DNA of 63,640 nucleotides, filler included, from Atractiella rhizophila (Eukaryota): NCBI GenBank assembly GCA_021432655.1. It is 6 parts of 6 records of this genome, joined end to end, with 100 filler letters (N's around TTAATTAATTAA, not from the genome) between each part and the next. Parts side by side here need not be neighbours in the genome. Positions count along the whole stretch, not along the records: positions 30,258 to 45,105 come from MU271946.1; positions 45,206 to 53,706 come from MU271947.1; 4 more parts are not named here. The stretch is one strand, 5' to 3'. Positions 37,370-51,376 of this stretch are shown in pieces. The position numbers and the translations under genes are program-made. Under the pieces are notes generated by a model. The model was not told where the DNA came from. It made no database searches and saw only the letters and a program-made list of their open reading frames with translations. How positions within the stretch are numbered: the first letter of the stretch is position 1; each line of letters starts with the position of its first letter.

Positions 37370-38400
37370 AACTCTAGGAAGTCATACATAAAGTTGTCCA
37401 TGCACAAAAACTAATGTGTCCACAATTAACCCTACAGTCTCCTCTGACTGGCCCTATGACTTGTTGATGATGAGGCATGGGAATTGAAACTGGTGTAAGG
37501 TGAAAGGAAATGAATTGGAGACCTTGCTATCCAATGTGATGCGTGGGATGAGGATGTTGAAGTTCAGCCCGCCACCACCTTTCACGGCTTACTAAGTACG
37601 ACGCGACGTCACATATTCGAGGGGATTCTATTCTTTTCGCTTCTTCTTGCTTACTGATTTCTTACACGTCAATGTACTTTCTAAAATCCGTTTGCCACAC
37701 TTTTCTCAGATATATCAACCGTGCTGAAGTCTGGGAGAAATAAGTAATACTGATATTCTTGTTTCCTCCCAACTTCAATCTCACATCAGTATTCACAGTC
37801 TTACAACAGAGGACTGAGGTGCCGGTAATGATGGTAGCCTCAATGACATGGGAGAGCAGCTGGGTGATGATCAACTGTGTACCATTATAGAGCCCAGCTG
37901 AAGGATTGAGGTTTTGTATTAAGATGATAGGGGCTCCAACTTTGAGATGAAGACGATGAAGGGGGAGATGGATCATATTGAGAGTATTAAGGTATTCAAG
38001 TGCGAAGCCTTGTTGAATGTCCTCACTGTCATCGATCAATCGGTCAGGGCTAAAGTAGATTTGCTCCTGTCGGGAGACAATTGTCGAATAAGTTGATTGT
38101 TTATCATATCAACCTCACCATTCCGGGCTATAAGGACCATGTGCTCTTGAACGTATTGCCTCAACCCGACTGGGTTGACATCTTGCATTGTGGTGCTCAG
38201 TCCAGGATAGATGTCAGTCAGGAGACTGTCCAGACCATGGGATCACCAGACTATTATTTGGTCCTTCATAGTCAATGGACCATGGCCACAGTCTTCCAGG
38301 TTATCAGTTGCACCATTACCAACTGATAACAACCACTCAGCAAAAGCCAGAGACAATAGCAAAGCCTCAGTTAGTCATTTCGGCCTGACGACTTAGCAGG
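37370..38400 (-). pseudogene. Helitron PIF1-like helicase relic
   Basis: EYLNTL....LPLHRLHLKVGAPIILIQNLNPSAGLYNGTQLII, then ILIPRI, INKS*GQS, VG and VF.HGQLYV. Interrupted by an ~250-bp insertion (~37563-37818). Confidence 0.9.
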
Positions 38401-38559
38401 CACATGTTCACTGTGAGAGGGAGGACTTGAACTGCTGGCCAGAAGGGACTGTTGATGACACACATCAACGTTCTGTGCATGTGAAGCTTTAGGGATGCTG
38501 AGAGGCATTGTCGCATGTCGCCTAATTATTTATCAGACATGAACTCTTTGACTTGATGC

Positions 38560-41330
38560 ACTTACCATCAAGAACCAAAACGACTCAACCCAAAGATACA
38601 TCCATCTTATATATATCTCTCAGCATCTGGTCGACTGCTTCAAAGCACTATTGATCATTCTTTCCACTTGGTCCCAAATTATAAATTCTGCCTCTTGGCA
38701 AAGTGGACGGTAATCACTTTGAGCCATATCACCGCAGATCGACAGTGGATTCGAAGCTTGCACGAGATGTCTGAGAACATGACCGCTTATTCAAGAGCAA
38801 TTCAAGTTGTACAAATCAATGGGTTTTATAGAAGTTGTATCTCCAGAAGAGGAGTATCATTACCGCCCTCCGGCAGAAGAGGAGATGATATCTGTAGAGC
38901 TTTACATGACTTGTCATGGTCGAGCAGCAGGTGAAGTCTACAAGGACCTACAACAACTGCACCTCAAGCGATTCCAAACTGAGACACTTACACTTGAAGC
39001 TGTTCAGAAGCTGGTTAGGGAACAAAGTCGCATTATCCCAGAATCTTTCGACATGTGCTCCCAATCCCACATGGCATTTACTGGGCTCTGGAAGGATCGA
39101 ACTGATTGTCCCAAATATGGCGAGTCTCGATATTTCACCAAAACAAACCAGAATGGCCACTCCATTCAAGTTTCACGGAGGAAGTACTACGTTGTACCTG
39201 TCGAAGTTCCACTTCAAGCCCGTTGGTCAACTTCAGCAGGAGCCAAACTATCCAAGCATCAAGCTGAACAGACTGCTCTCTTGACCGAATCCTACCCTCC
39301 TAGAAGCATGGTTGATGAACTCAATGACATTTACTGTGGCCGTGATTATCTTCAGGCAGTACATGACTCAAGATTCCAACAGATTGTGTCTTAGCACTTT
39401 CCCTCGATGGTGCACAAATCTACAACACCAAGAAACCTTCAGACTCTATTTTCATCATTCTTATCGACTATAGTTTACCGCCAGAGGTCCGCTATAATCT
39501 ACAATTTGTTATCCCACTGGCCATTATTCCCAGCCAACATCCACCATGGAATCAAACTCTTTTCTTCTACCAATCTTCGATCGCATCAAATCTTTGCATG
39601 CAACCAGATTTCCTTTATTTAATGGTGACCGTGAACACTGGTTTCAATCTCGGCCCTTTGTCACACTTGTCCTTTTCGATACTCTCTGCCAACCTGCTGT
39701 TGCCGCTGAGGTTGGGCATAATGGGCGAATGGGCGAATGGGCTGCCATATTAATGGATGTACATTGATTAGTGCACATCAAGCTGGTTCCGACCTAATAC
39801 TTTCCTCTCATACAGGCTAACGATTATGTTGAGCTATTATCTATGCGGCCAAACTACGATCCTTACAACCTTCCCAGGGAGACTCCAGATCAATATGGTG
39901 CCCACATTCTACAAGTGAAAGCAAATGATCAACCAACTCTTCAGAAGAGGCTTCAAAGAGAGTATGGTATTGTTGAAGAAATGCTATTCTCCTAAATTGA
40001 AACTCTGGCAGGTGGCCTGCCTTTTTGATTTCTTATTGAGGGGATGCACCACCCTAATTTCAACTTCACCGAGTTGATGGTTGGGTTGTGAAGAGGAATC
40101 ATATGGCCCACTGACAAGAAGACTAAGAAAACAAGCAGTGATGGCCTGGGGAAGACCAATGCTGAGGCTCAGGAAATACCTGCTATAGATCGACTCCGTT
40201 GGGAAACACCTCTGGGATCTCGCTGGCAACAGCACATGGTCAAAGTTGCAAACACTCGATGTTTTTGTCCAGTTTCTGGAATAAATTCTGTCACAACATT
40301 GACAACAAGTATTCTGGCTATCGAGCGAAAGAGTGGAAATCTACTTCTATGGTTTAGGTCGTGATCTCCTCTAAGGCCATCTTTCATCGACCTACTTTCA
40401 ACATAACCTGAAGATTGTCTACTGTATGCGGCCTTTGTGTCAAGGAAGCATCTCTCAAGATTTGCTCGACTCAGTCGAATTTGTCCTTGAATTCGAAGAT
40501 ATTTACTATTAGAACGACATTAAAAGGCTTCATTTTTGCCATCCTTCACTGCACAAGTTGCTACATCTTTGTGAACAAACACGACTTGTAGGGCTTTTTA
40601 TTTACATTACTCAATGGACTTTTGAGCATACCATTGGGCTTCTCGGATCTCGAATATGCCAACATTCAAGACCTTATGAGAATCTGGCACAGGAAAACAT
40701 GTGATAAGCTCAATGCCAAGCTGTATGCTCCGTTGATCCAACTCTTATTCTTCCTCAAACACAGTGGCCGCCCCCACGAGGTGCCTTGCCTTTAGGAAAC
40801 TCTTTCGGTTTTCTATGCACTCGAGATGCTGATGTACAGCTACTTCCTTCCACTGAGTGTTCTGTAGTTGAAGCCTATCTATCATGCTAGCATCCACCAG
40901 ATACTTGGAATGGTCACTTTACCAAGTGGGCAAGATTGTAGTTGCTGCAGAATGAGATTGTCTGTACCAGGTGGAAAGAGCTCCAGCGACCCCCTGATGA
41001 AGTTCACATCAGCCGCCAGGTCAAATACAAACATCTTATGTTCCCTCCTGCTGTTTCGATTCCCTATGCTAAGGTCTTGTATTTCCTTCAAATAACGGCC
41101 ACCAGTTTATCACATCATCTTGCCCTAATTCAGCCATATCGCGGTTGCCAATGACATGATCTATTCGGAGTGCTTACGACGTGCCAGCCTGCCCTTCCAG
41201 GGGACTTTGAGGTAGTCAATATCAAGCAAGTGCAAGGGGTTGGTGCGATTATTCCCAGGTCATGGTACAACGAGTGGTTCATCATGGAAAGATTGGGTGG
41301 TTTGGGGATTGAAACAGATTGAGATACATT
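38560..41330 (+). pseudogene. CACTA/EnSpm-superfamily Tnp2 (Transposase_21)-like transposase relic
   Basis: FDMCSQSHMAFTG....CPKYGESRY, NDIYCGRDYL, LDGAQIY, LPPEVRY, SFLLPIF, GHNGRMG, LHKLLHL and QWTFEHTIG, in order, with many stops and frameshifts. Confidence 0.8.
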
Positions 41331-41973
41331 TCGACAATCTAGAACTAAGGAATACAACCATTCAACCCGTACTGATGCCCTCTAGACTCCATTTCTTTGC
41401 TAAGACGAACTGGCTGCACCTGATTGTATGAATAATTCGGAACTCAAAGTTCATCAGCTTTACAGCCATGCTGTCTGGTTTCTTCGAAGGAGAGCTTAAG
41501 GTGTGATGGGGGTAGATGTTGGTGGTAATGACAATGGAGGTGGCTGAATGGCAGTGGGACATGCATGCATGGTGTTGTATTGATGATGGCTGACATGGAC
41601 AGTAGTAGAATACCTGATGGTAGAAAGACCCTTCTCCTTCTACGACATATGGTCGGCAATGTGGTGAATAGGCGAAGTAGAACTCACCTAGAAAGATATC
41701 TCAGGTACCATCTCAGTCCCTCTGTGTCTTGAGCGGGTCAGCAGAGGTATTGGAGGACGTGGATAGTGATGAGGGGGGGTTGAGGAGGTCGTTTGGCAAG
41801 GAGGATGTCATGGTGTGGAGAAGCCAAAGTTTCAGGTCTGCCTGTTCAGCCATGGGTATCATGGATTGCTTCCATCTGCATCATACCTATCAAGTTTGAA
41901 TCTACAAGAATGTATGCAAATAGACTGACAATACTTTTCACACTGGACAATTGCAGGACAAGTGTAACTCTGA

Positions 41974-42068
41974 TCTTGCCGAAGGTGAGGCCCCACGCAG
42001 TGGCCGCTGGAGGGGTCCAAGGGGGCATGGCGGGGGTTGCCCGAGGGACGAGGGCACCGACACACCTG
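41974..42068 (+). mobile_element. Mini-Helitron (95 bp)
   Basis: A|TCTTGCCGAAGG...TGCCCGAGGGACGAGGGCA hairpin...ACACCTG|T; homologous to 25602-25745. Confidence 0.65.
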
Positions 42069-44664
42069 TGTTCCCCAGAATTGTCTAATGGCAAGATGGT
42101 TAACATACTCCACATTTAGTTTCTTCACCTGTTTGGATTTGGCATGGTGCTTTTTAACTCTTTTCCCAACCTCATTTTCAACTTTCGCCTTTTTGCAGCT
42201 CTCATCCCGAAAACCCAAAACGCTAAAGCTCATGTGTTCAAGCATTCAACCAAAACTACTCCTGCCTCCGATGTGATCTAGCTAAGGTGTGACGCCGCTG
42301 GCTGATCTCGCGGGCGCGTTTACAAGGAACTCGAAATGGCAGTATGCTTTACATTATTCTACTGTTAAGGCTTTGGATGAGGGAAGGAATGTATCTGTTG
42401 TTGGTGAGCTCATGTCCTCTCGCTAAGTTGTATGGCTATTGTGCACCATGTCTGCAACCAAAGGATGTGCCCTTTCGCATCTTTGAGAGACGATTTTGCA
42501 CCCAGCAGGAATGATATCCTGGGTATGTGCCCATAGCAGCAGACATTTCACTTGTTCGGCCATATGTCAGAGTCGCAGAACAGGTTATCTGCTGTTTTAA
42601 TCAACAGAGGTAACTTACTATGAGAACGGCACAGCAAATCTCAGTAGTTTCTGCAACCTGCGTTGCCCTGGCTCCGCTGTCAGCGGAATGGTTATGTCAG
42701 TTATCTCACCTTGCAGTATACTAGTTATTTGAGGGTTTATTCGAAAGGCAGACTCAGCTTTCCCTGCAGTGCTCGAGGTTGCTGAGAAATACTGACGGTC
42801 AGATGAAGTTTACCTGCTATCATAGATCCATCCAGTCGCCCATATGTGGTCCCAGTCCACATAGCTTGTTCAGTGCCATCATGCTCCCTTTCTTTCCAAA
42901 AGACACAAAGTCCAGGTTCATTTATCAAATACTTGTTCCAGCCGGGCCGTGAGCTAGAAGGATGGTCATATTATAGCACGTCACAGTCTCATTTGCCTGG
43001 ATGTTTGACAATGTGAACTACCGGCGCATCCGCCAACCAATCCAACTCGACACTGCAGAATAACCAAAGACTGCCCAGGATCCCCAATGCTTTAGGCGCA
43101 TACGCCACGTATTTGTGATTAATCTACTTCACCAGACAACCATGAGAATTGAGGGAAGCTTCAAACACCTCCCCACTCTTCTCCATCCAGGCTTCGCCTC
43201 GGGGAAATCAGGAAGGATTAGTGAGAGTCTAAGCAAGAGTTGCCTCTGCAGGCGGCTGAATCATGGGATTATTTTCAGCGGGTTTCTCGCTAGCCCCAAT
43301 ACCGTGCAAGGAGGAAATGGGAAATGTTGCAGCTGCTGGATCAGAAGAGAACTTCGAGTGCAGCAGCATATCTGCCTGAAGAGATTGCTCTGCTATCCCA
43401 AAGGATCACCAACGTGAGAATCCTTTGCCGGTCCCTAGGTCAGGATGGACTCGTCACGATGTCTTTAGCAAAACAACTTGTTGACGGCTTGGATAGCTCC
43501 CGAACTTGCGACTGAAGACGGACCAGAGCAAGGATTTATTCAATGCCGGCTGACCTGTGCTGTATTAGTCGGATGACTTCTCGTTTTTTTGGTTCTTTCC
43601 ATGACCAGGCACGATATTTTTCAGCCTACAACTCTGTTGATCTCAAAGGATCCTCAATTGCCCTTGGCTAGACAATTTAACTGGAGACCAAAGAAATGAT
43701 TGTTGGAATCCTGAGGTTCGGAATTTGGATGGAATACTTTGGGCAGTGAAAGTGAGGGAAGTGGAAGAGAAAGGGTCAAAAGGAGACATCTCATTACCTG
43801 TTAAGATGACTGTTTTAAAATTTAGTGGTTCGTAAGATGAATGTCAATATTTGATTAAGTATTGTAGAAACAAAGACGCTCGAACGAAGAGAGGATTTTG
43901 ATGATCAGGAAGGCTGTTTGCGGCCTAGAAGGTGAGAATCGACATTGGAGTTCTTTCAAGTTACTTCAGAGCTTTTATGCTTCATACCGAACCAACAAAA
44001 AGGAGAGAAAGATTCGGTAATCTATAGGAGGTTGCATCCTTGCATGGTTTGAACTCGCCGTCATTTCCACAAGGTTTGGGGGGCAATGGCTTCATTTATA
44101 CCTTTCAGTCTCGTCGTATTTGATGCATCGATGAGCCAATTTTAGCTGTAAGTACGATAAAAGACATACGACTTTTACCAGCCCCATCGTAACGTGGAGG
44201 GAAGGCATTTTCTGGTATATCACACCGTCACTTGAACTGCTAGAGCACCGTCAGTGTATCTTCTCAATAGCGCCAGAGGGTTGCCCACGATCCCAATTCC
44301 CTAAGGGGTTACGACAGTTATCCACAAATAGCCTACTTCGACAATCACCTGTGCGTTCCACATCGTCAGCGGGACAGCCTATCTTTTCACTGCGGTTGCA
44401 ATTGCAGAAGGGGGAACGAAGGATGAATCAAATATGTTGGTGGAGGACGAGGCAGTGGATTCTACTCCTTCAAGTCTGTATCAGTATTCCGCCGTACCTG
44501 ATGACCATAGCGATAACTTATCTCTACTGGCTGCCTAAGTCTCTAGTCTCTGATCAATGTATGTCAACATACCAAAGGAGGTGAAGGGGAAAGTCGTGGC
44601 ACAGGAAGCTAAAAGCTTCATTTTGTTGATTTCAAAAAGAAACAAGCGGAACCATGATGCTGAG

Positions 44665-44860
44665 ACCCTGTCAAAAGCGTTTGGTCACTTTTGGCCGACT
44701 TTGGTCGTTTTCGGTCACTAACCAAAAGGTGGCTAATCGTGACCAATGTGGCCAAAAAAATGCACACTTTGGTGAATCTTCTGGTCACTTTCAGAAAGCA
44801 GAAACCTACGAATCCCGTCGTTTGGTCACTTTTAGTCACTCCTTAGTCGCTTTCTAGCTT
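44665..44860 (+). repeat. Probable DNA-transposon terminus with subterminal TTTGGTCACT repeats
   Basis: Repeated (T)TGGTCACT / GTGACCAA motifs after CCCTGTCAAAA; no partner end seen. Confidence 0.4.
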
Positions 44861-45782
44861 TCCTCAAACGTACATTACTCAGCCAATATTAGTCAAAATT
44901 AGTTGCAATTAGCCAAGTCTTGTATTTACATGATTAATCCAAATCAATGCATAGATTATAAAAAGAGAGATCCGTAAAATGTAGGCACGAATATATGTAG
45001 AAAGTGAGACCGTGAGTGGTGCCTGCTTTGGAATCCGCATCAGCGAGAGTGGAAGTACTGATAAGTCCTTACTGTCAATTCTAAGCAAGAGCTGGCGGGT
45101 AAGGGNNNNNNNNNNNNNNNNNNNNNNNNNNNNNNNNNNNNNNNNNNNNTTAATTAATTAANNNNNNNNNNNNNNNNNNNNNNNNNNNNNNNNNNNNNNN
45201 NNNNNTAGCCTATATGCAAGTATCGCTCAAGCGTCCGAGAAACTAAACAATTCCACGGTTCTATGTAGCCATTCAACGACAGAATCACGCCTGTAAATCG
45301 CGTGGATGCAGTAACGCTGGCTGGAAAGCAGGGAACCAATCTGTAGGTTCCAAGCAAGTTCGTCGACACCTGTTTCTCGACGTTTGTAGTCTCATTCCCG
45401 CAGTGATGAGCTATCGGAACGACAATGAAGAGGGCATCGAAAGCGGAAACCTGCATATGTAGTCATGTGCTAAAGGAAGTCGCTAGCGTCGCAAACCGAA
45501 CGAAGGCGAGCACGGGTGAGAGCACTGAGAAGTCAAGCTGGCGTAGGAGATGCCTACAGGTTTCATTTCACAACCTTTCGTCCCTGACGCTACCTTCAGC
45601 GCCTTAGCCTTCGCTCTCGTTGCGTGACTGTCCAACCAACGATCCATTTGTGCGGAGTGAAGAAAGGAAAAGGAGGCCAGCGAAGCTGTGAGAGGTACGG
45701 CAGATGTGGACGCCGGTGGAGGCGATAGACACAGAAATTCCTTCGTATCCCTCTTTGATCCACTCCGGTCAAATAAGTAACC

Positions 45783-46977
45783 TCAAATCGCGCATTTCTG
45801 GATCCCAACTCTGCCCGTCCACGTGGGGATCCCGAGCACGAGCACACATGCGACCTGACCTATCGCCCAACTCGAAACACCGTACCTCCACTTGTTTCGA
45901 CCTTTGAGAGTCTGAACCTCCAAAACGAAAGTGCTGACCGTGCTGAGCGTACCGCAGAACCCGTCGCTCAGGCCTTGTAATATCTGGCATGCGCTGAGGG
46001 AGGAGAGGGAGTGAGGGGAGTGGAGGTGCTGGAGGCTGTAGAAGGAGGAGAGGAGGAGGGTGCCGAGGATGTTCGCCGTGAAGGTCCCAACTGGGAAAGA
46101 GGAATGGAGAGGGTTCAGGTGACGTGAGAGTTGGAAACGGAGGTAAGTGCCTAGAGGGCCGAAGATGAGGGAGAAGGAGAGCTTGCCTCTCCACGGTTTG
46201 TGGAAGATGGCCAAGAAGACCGAACCGAGCCAGACAAGGAGGAGAGAGGGATAAAGGCATTGCACCCATCGAATCGTCTTCCTTGAGCTGGATTGAGAGG
46301 AAACGGGAAGTGGAGATGGTAGTGGAGGGAGGAGGGAAGAGAGGTGTTGGCCTAACATTAGAGCAGCCATCGACATTCCCATGGTCACTGCCGTCTGATT
46401 CAATCCATCCAGAAAGTCGTTTCCGCCTCCGTGTCTTCCTTGGGACTGAGATGGGTTCGAGAAAGCGAGGAAGACGTCGAGCATCCAGGAAGAGAAGGTA
46501 GTCAACGAGCCACAGAAACCAGTCGCCAGCGAAGGGTGTAGCTTTTCATCCCTTCAACAATGTTTACGATCAATCAATCATTCTGTCCCAGTCTTCTCGA
46601 GATCAGGCAAGGACGCACCATCGCATGAGCTCAGCTTTCCTAGCGCTGAGTACGCCCATCACAAAACAGCCGACGACTTGAGCCCACAACAGAGGGAACA
46701 CGCTGGCTCCATCGAACGTGAATATGGCGACGAGTCCCAGCCGTGCGAGTACGCCCCAAATAGAAAAAAAGCTTAACAAAGAGAATAGCGAAAGTTCTTC
46801 GAGAGCTAGAGCGATGCGAGAGGGCGAGGACACCTCGAGCGAAGGACCGGGAGGTTCAGTGTCGATGATTTTGGAAGAGCGGCGCGATGGCGTATTGCCT
46901 TCCCGCGACGCGTTACTTTCCTCCTTCTTGCGTAAGGAGCCTTTCTCCAACTGTGCCTCGATGGCTGGCGAGTCCAT
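45783..46977 (-). CDS. FEX1: FEX-type fluoride export channel (two fused Fluc/CrcB domains)
   Basis: GVLARLGL and GTYLRFQL (GxxxR); TGFCGSLTTFSSW and DGFCGTLSTVSTF; GTFTANILG. An intron at 46552-46618 joins the ORFs in frame. Confidence 0.93.
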
Positions 46978-47131
46978 TCCCTAGGTAAGGCTCAATCGAC
47001 TATCTTGCTTGTTATTGTCAAAGTTATCATTAGATGCATTACTATTTACGGGTAGGCAATTTCCAATGTCCAGAACAATCAGGAAGAAATCCGACCGCTC
47101 CAAACATTGCCATTGCCAAAGGACAGTCAAA

Positions 47132-49142
47132 ATGTACAACGACTTCAACGGGTTTCCACCGTTCCAAGGAGCTCCTCCCTTCCAGCACCATCAGCACCAG
47201 ATTCCTCCGCCTCAGCCCCAGCAGCAGCAACAACAGTGGTTTCCGCCTCAGCAGCAGCATCCTTTTCCACACCAGCACCCGCATCAGGTCCTCCAGCATC
47301 AACAGCATCAGCAGCAACAACAGTTCCTGCATAATGTCAACGTGCATCCTCATCCCCAATTCCTCCAACATCAGCCCCCGCACCCGCTCTCCCATCCTCA
47401 GCACCCGCAACATCAGCATTGGCCGTCACCTCCTCCTCCTCCTCCAAGAACTCCACCTCCTCCAGCAGCTCCAATCGCTTTTCCTCTCCTCACACAGGCA
47501 CAACAGGTCCCTACCAGTGTCATCAAAGTTTACAAGCCGTATTTCTCTCCCTTGGAAGTTGCGAACTTATTAGGAAAGTTAAATGTGCGTTCCCTTTCAT
47601 CCTTCCTTGTCCCTATATCCTATCTCCATTTACTGTTGAGCCTCAAGGAATCATGAATCAATGCTGATGTCCTCTTTGGTGTTGAACGAACAGTTAGCAG
47701 CCCCAGGCGTCACTCCCATTCGTCTCAATGATCAATTCGAGAAGCTACGTTCAAGCGCCTTGGGATACATCGACCGCGTCGGGGCCAGGCTTGGATTGTA
47801 CGTCGTCCCACTTCACGCCTGTCCACTCTGTTGACCGTATCTTGTGGGGAACAGTCCACGAAGGACAATAGGCACTGCTCAATACCTTTACACCAGATTC
47901 CACCTTTTCTTTTCTCCAAAAGACTTCAAGTACGAGCATGTGGCCATGGCAGCTCTCCTGGTATCTTGTAAGCAAGAGGACACGCTCAAGAAGACAAGGG
48001 ACATTCAGGTCCGGTCATTCCTCCCTCTTTCTCTTTCGCTGTTTTCCAGACTTGCTGACGATCGGTTGCAGGTGGCGGGGCATCAGTTGAAGAGTATAGT
48101 CGAAGGAGGAAAGGGGACAGGAGAACCGGATCCCGTCGTGAGTTTCCTCCTTCTCTCTTTGTGCTGTCCACGCTGAGAGGAGAATGAAGGCATTGGAAAA
48201 CGACCGAGCGCGTTTGATAGGAATTGAGAGGCTCATCTTGGAGACAATAGCTTTCAATTTCTACGCCGAATTCACGTCTTCAGGACTCTTTGGAGGGAGC
48301 GGGGCGATCGGGAAGGACGTTTTTGGTTGGGTGTTGAAGTTTGGTCGACTGGTCGGAGGTGGGTCTCCTTTTCCTTCTTTCCGTGGTGGTTGGAGTAAAG
48401 TAAAGAGGATGGATGGTGGATGTAGCGAGCAAGGATTACACGAGATTCGCGTTCTTGTTGGCCATTGACGTTTATCGAACCTTCGTACCCTTGTCTTATC
48501 CTCCGCATGCGATCGCAATCACTTGTCTTTGGCTTGCACGCTTTTTGGGAAGGTGGGAGGCTCAAGATGAAGGTATTGAGTGGCCGACGACTGAGGAATG
48601 GGAGAAACGGTTCGAAGTGGAGGTGGTGGATGTGGAAGGTTCGCTTCCCTTCACTTCGTTGTCAGTTGTATGGAACTGACTTGGAGATGCGAATAGAGAT
48701 AGCACATCAATTCCTTGACCTTTTCCTCATGCTCCTCTCCTCGTCCAAATCCACAGTCTCCCGAATATCTCCCTCCGAATCCTCCTCCAATCCCGCCTCT
48801 CTCTCTCCAATAGATCCCACCAACCCGCTCTCCCTCAACTACTCTCACGTCCTCTACTTCCTCTCCTCATCCGGCCTTCTTCCCGAAACAGACTTCACGC
48901 AAATCAAAATCCGCCTGCGAAAGATGGCCGCTGAGCGTATCCCACAGAAACAGAAGCCGATGAGGGATGGAGATAGGTGGTGGACAGAAGAGAATGAGAG
49001 GTTGAGGGAGAGGAAGAAGAAGAAGGGTGCTGGAGATAGTGGTGGAGATTGGTTGGGCAGAGACGATGTTACGATCAGGTTTAAGTTTAGGGAGTTGCCG
49101 AGAGAGGTGGAGGAGGGTGAGGAGGAGGAAACGTCTTTTTGA
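47132..49142 (+). CDS. Transcriptional cyclin (CTK2/cyclin K-like) with Q/H/P-rich N-terminus; multi-exon
   Basis: YKPYFSP.EV, IDRVGARLG|PRRTIGTAQYLYTRFHLFF, AALLVSCKQEDTLKK, LIGIERLILETIAFNF and AIDVYRTFVPLSYPPHAIAITCL form two cyclin boxes. Confidence 0.88.
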
Positions 49143-49268
49143 GCATTCTGTACATCAGGGATTGTTCTTTCTGTCGAAAAAAGCGTAATGCTAGCATCTG
49201 GCTCTGAGTAGGCGTGAAATGATGTTGTATAAATTATACTTTTGATGGGAGATTACTAGGATGTTACT

Positions 49269-50414
49269 CTACGAAGAAGCCAACCTGCCCTGAATCCAAC
49301 CTAACGCTTCAAGATCCATGACCACCCACTTCCTCAACATGATGCCATAAACGCTCAACTCGTTCCACTTGACGACATCGACCTGTTCCAAATTCCGGAG
49401 ACTCCTCTCGACAGCCAACAAACTGGGCAACCTCGACGGTTTTCCCTTTTTCCTCCCCTGCTTCTCATACGGTTGCACCTCCTTCGGGGCCTTATCAAAC
49501 TCATACCCTTCCCCCACGACGACCAAAGCGTTCTGACCGACCAAGTTCCTCCTCAACCTAGCCAATCCAGTCTTGGTCTTCATCTCCGTCCCCTCCTCCC
49601 CCTTTCCCTTCGGATCGCCCCACCAGTCCACGACGATCACCCGTCCGTTCCTCCACTTGTCCGACAACGCGATGCGGATGGCGGAGTCGACCACTTTTCG
49701 CGGCAATTCACCACCCCATTCTTTCGGTCCCTGGCCGCTCTGTCCAGGTCCGAACGCTACTCCTCCCTTGTGTAACATGGGAGACCCTCGTGAGCCGAGA
49801 CGCGAGCGACCCGTCTTCTTCTGTGGTCGGATTTTACGACCTGAATAGTTGACCTACACACATCCCAAACATCTCAACTCCCTCCCTTCCCTTCGCAATA
49901 AAAAATAACAAGGAAAGAAAGCAAGACGCACCATAGCCCTATTCTTGGTCGCAGCGGTTCCTTGTCTGATCCTCGCCCTCTCCCAAGTCATGACTCTGTG
50001 CAACAGGTCTTTCCTTCGGGGAACGTTGAAAACGGATGAAAAGAGAGGGACGTAGAACCGCTTCTTTTGGCGACCCGGAAGGACGCGTTCATGCGCCAGC
50101 GGGAAGCCAGCGGCGAGGGGACGGGTGTGGTCGTAGGTGCGCAAGGGGACATGAACAAAAGGCGGCGGTCCAGAAGGCAGCGGATGGGGAGTTGTCGAGG
50201 TTAGAGTGGATGACGTGGATGTGGGCGTTGCTGGTGGGATGATGGGTGGAATGGGAGGGAAAGAAGGAGATGAAGGAGCAGAAGTGGCTGCTGTTGCCAA
50301 CGAGCGCTGCTTGACGAGGTCACACCATGCATTTGGCAATAAAAAGTAAAGACGCACGTATAGGAAAGGTATGCGCCGACTTGGACACTTGCTAAGACCT
50401 AGAATTCGCTCCAT
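49269..50414 (-). CDS. YML6: Mitochondrial large ribosomal subunit protein uL4m
   Basis: VFNVPRRKDLLHRV..W....RQGTAATKNRAMV|NYSGRKIRPQKKTGRSRLGSRGSPMLHKGGVAFGP, LPRKV...AIRIALSDK, SLRNL; presequence-like N-terminus. Confidence 0.92.
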
Positions 50415-51376
50415 TCCCTCTCCCAACGTTCGTGTCAAAGCTGAAGAAATTAAAGCGAGTCTACGGGGAAAACTGTAGTGTATTTTGCAATGGTCTCAGG
50501 AAGGATCTGTGGTACAACTCCTTCGTGGAATTATCACCAAAGGACATTCAGGTCGAGCCAGCGATTGCTGTATTGGCAGTGGGAGCCAGCCCACAGGAGC
50601 TGTGGGAGGCTGCAGTTCCGGTGCGTGCGAACAAGCAGTCCCAGCTCGGCCATCAGCCTCCTTTATTGGCTCAGTATTGGCTCAGTTATTGGCTCTTATC
50701 TATCTCATCCAGTATCGTATCCAAAGCATGAGTGGTACATGTATAGTCTTCAGTGTTCCTGCACTTATCCAAACGCTGATTTCAGCTATAACAACATGTA
50801 CAGCTTCCGCTCGGTGCAATCCCCTCGGATCCCATGATCGAGATTTTATCCAAACAAAACATCAATTTTGTGAAAGTGTTCTTTGAAAGAAAGAGCTTGA
50901 GGAAGAATTGGGAACAGGGGAGAAGAAACCGAAGGAAGCCGCATCAGACCTTCTTCCACGCCCGGAAATTGGGATTTAAGGTGTTTCATTTATCGAAATT
51001 TGCGCGTGCATTCGGACTCCAGATGCACGTCAGAATCCCAATCCCACCATTGAGATTGAGATTCGTCGGTGTGGACAATTTGGCGACCGCAGACGTCGCC
51101 TAGTCGGTTTAAGCATAAAAGGATATAAGGCCATCGTTGCCTGTTTACCGGTCTCCCTTTGCTTTCAAATTCACGTCCCAGTGTTTACGCTAGGCCTTTG
51201 CTCCGCCTCTCGCAACACTTGGGGCGTACGATTCAGGAACTTTTGGGCCATTTATCGTCGCTCCTTACTTTCATTGCTTTTTCCACAACTCGATCTGGAC
51301 TCCTCGAACGCTTTTAAAACTCGATCGATCCTCTTCCTGATCCTTCTCCCCAGTCCTCACACCCCTATCACTCTTG

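Noticed and set aside
42300..44600. Coding-like minus-strand fragments (TET/JBP or KDZ transposase considered)
   Set aside because: No diagnostic motifs could be read. An HMM search would be needed.
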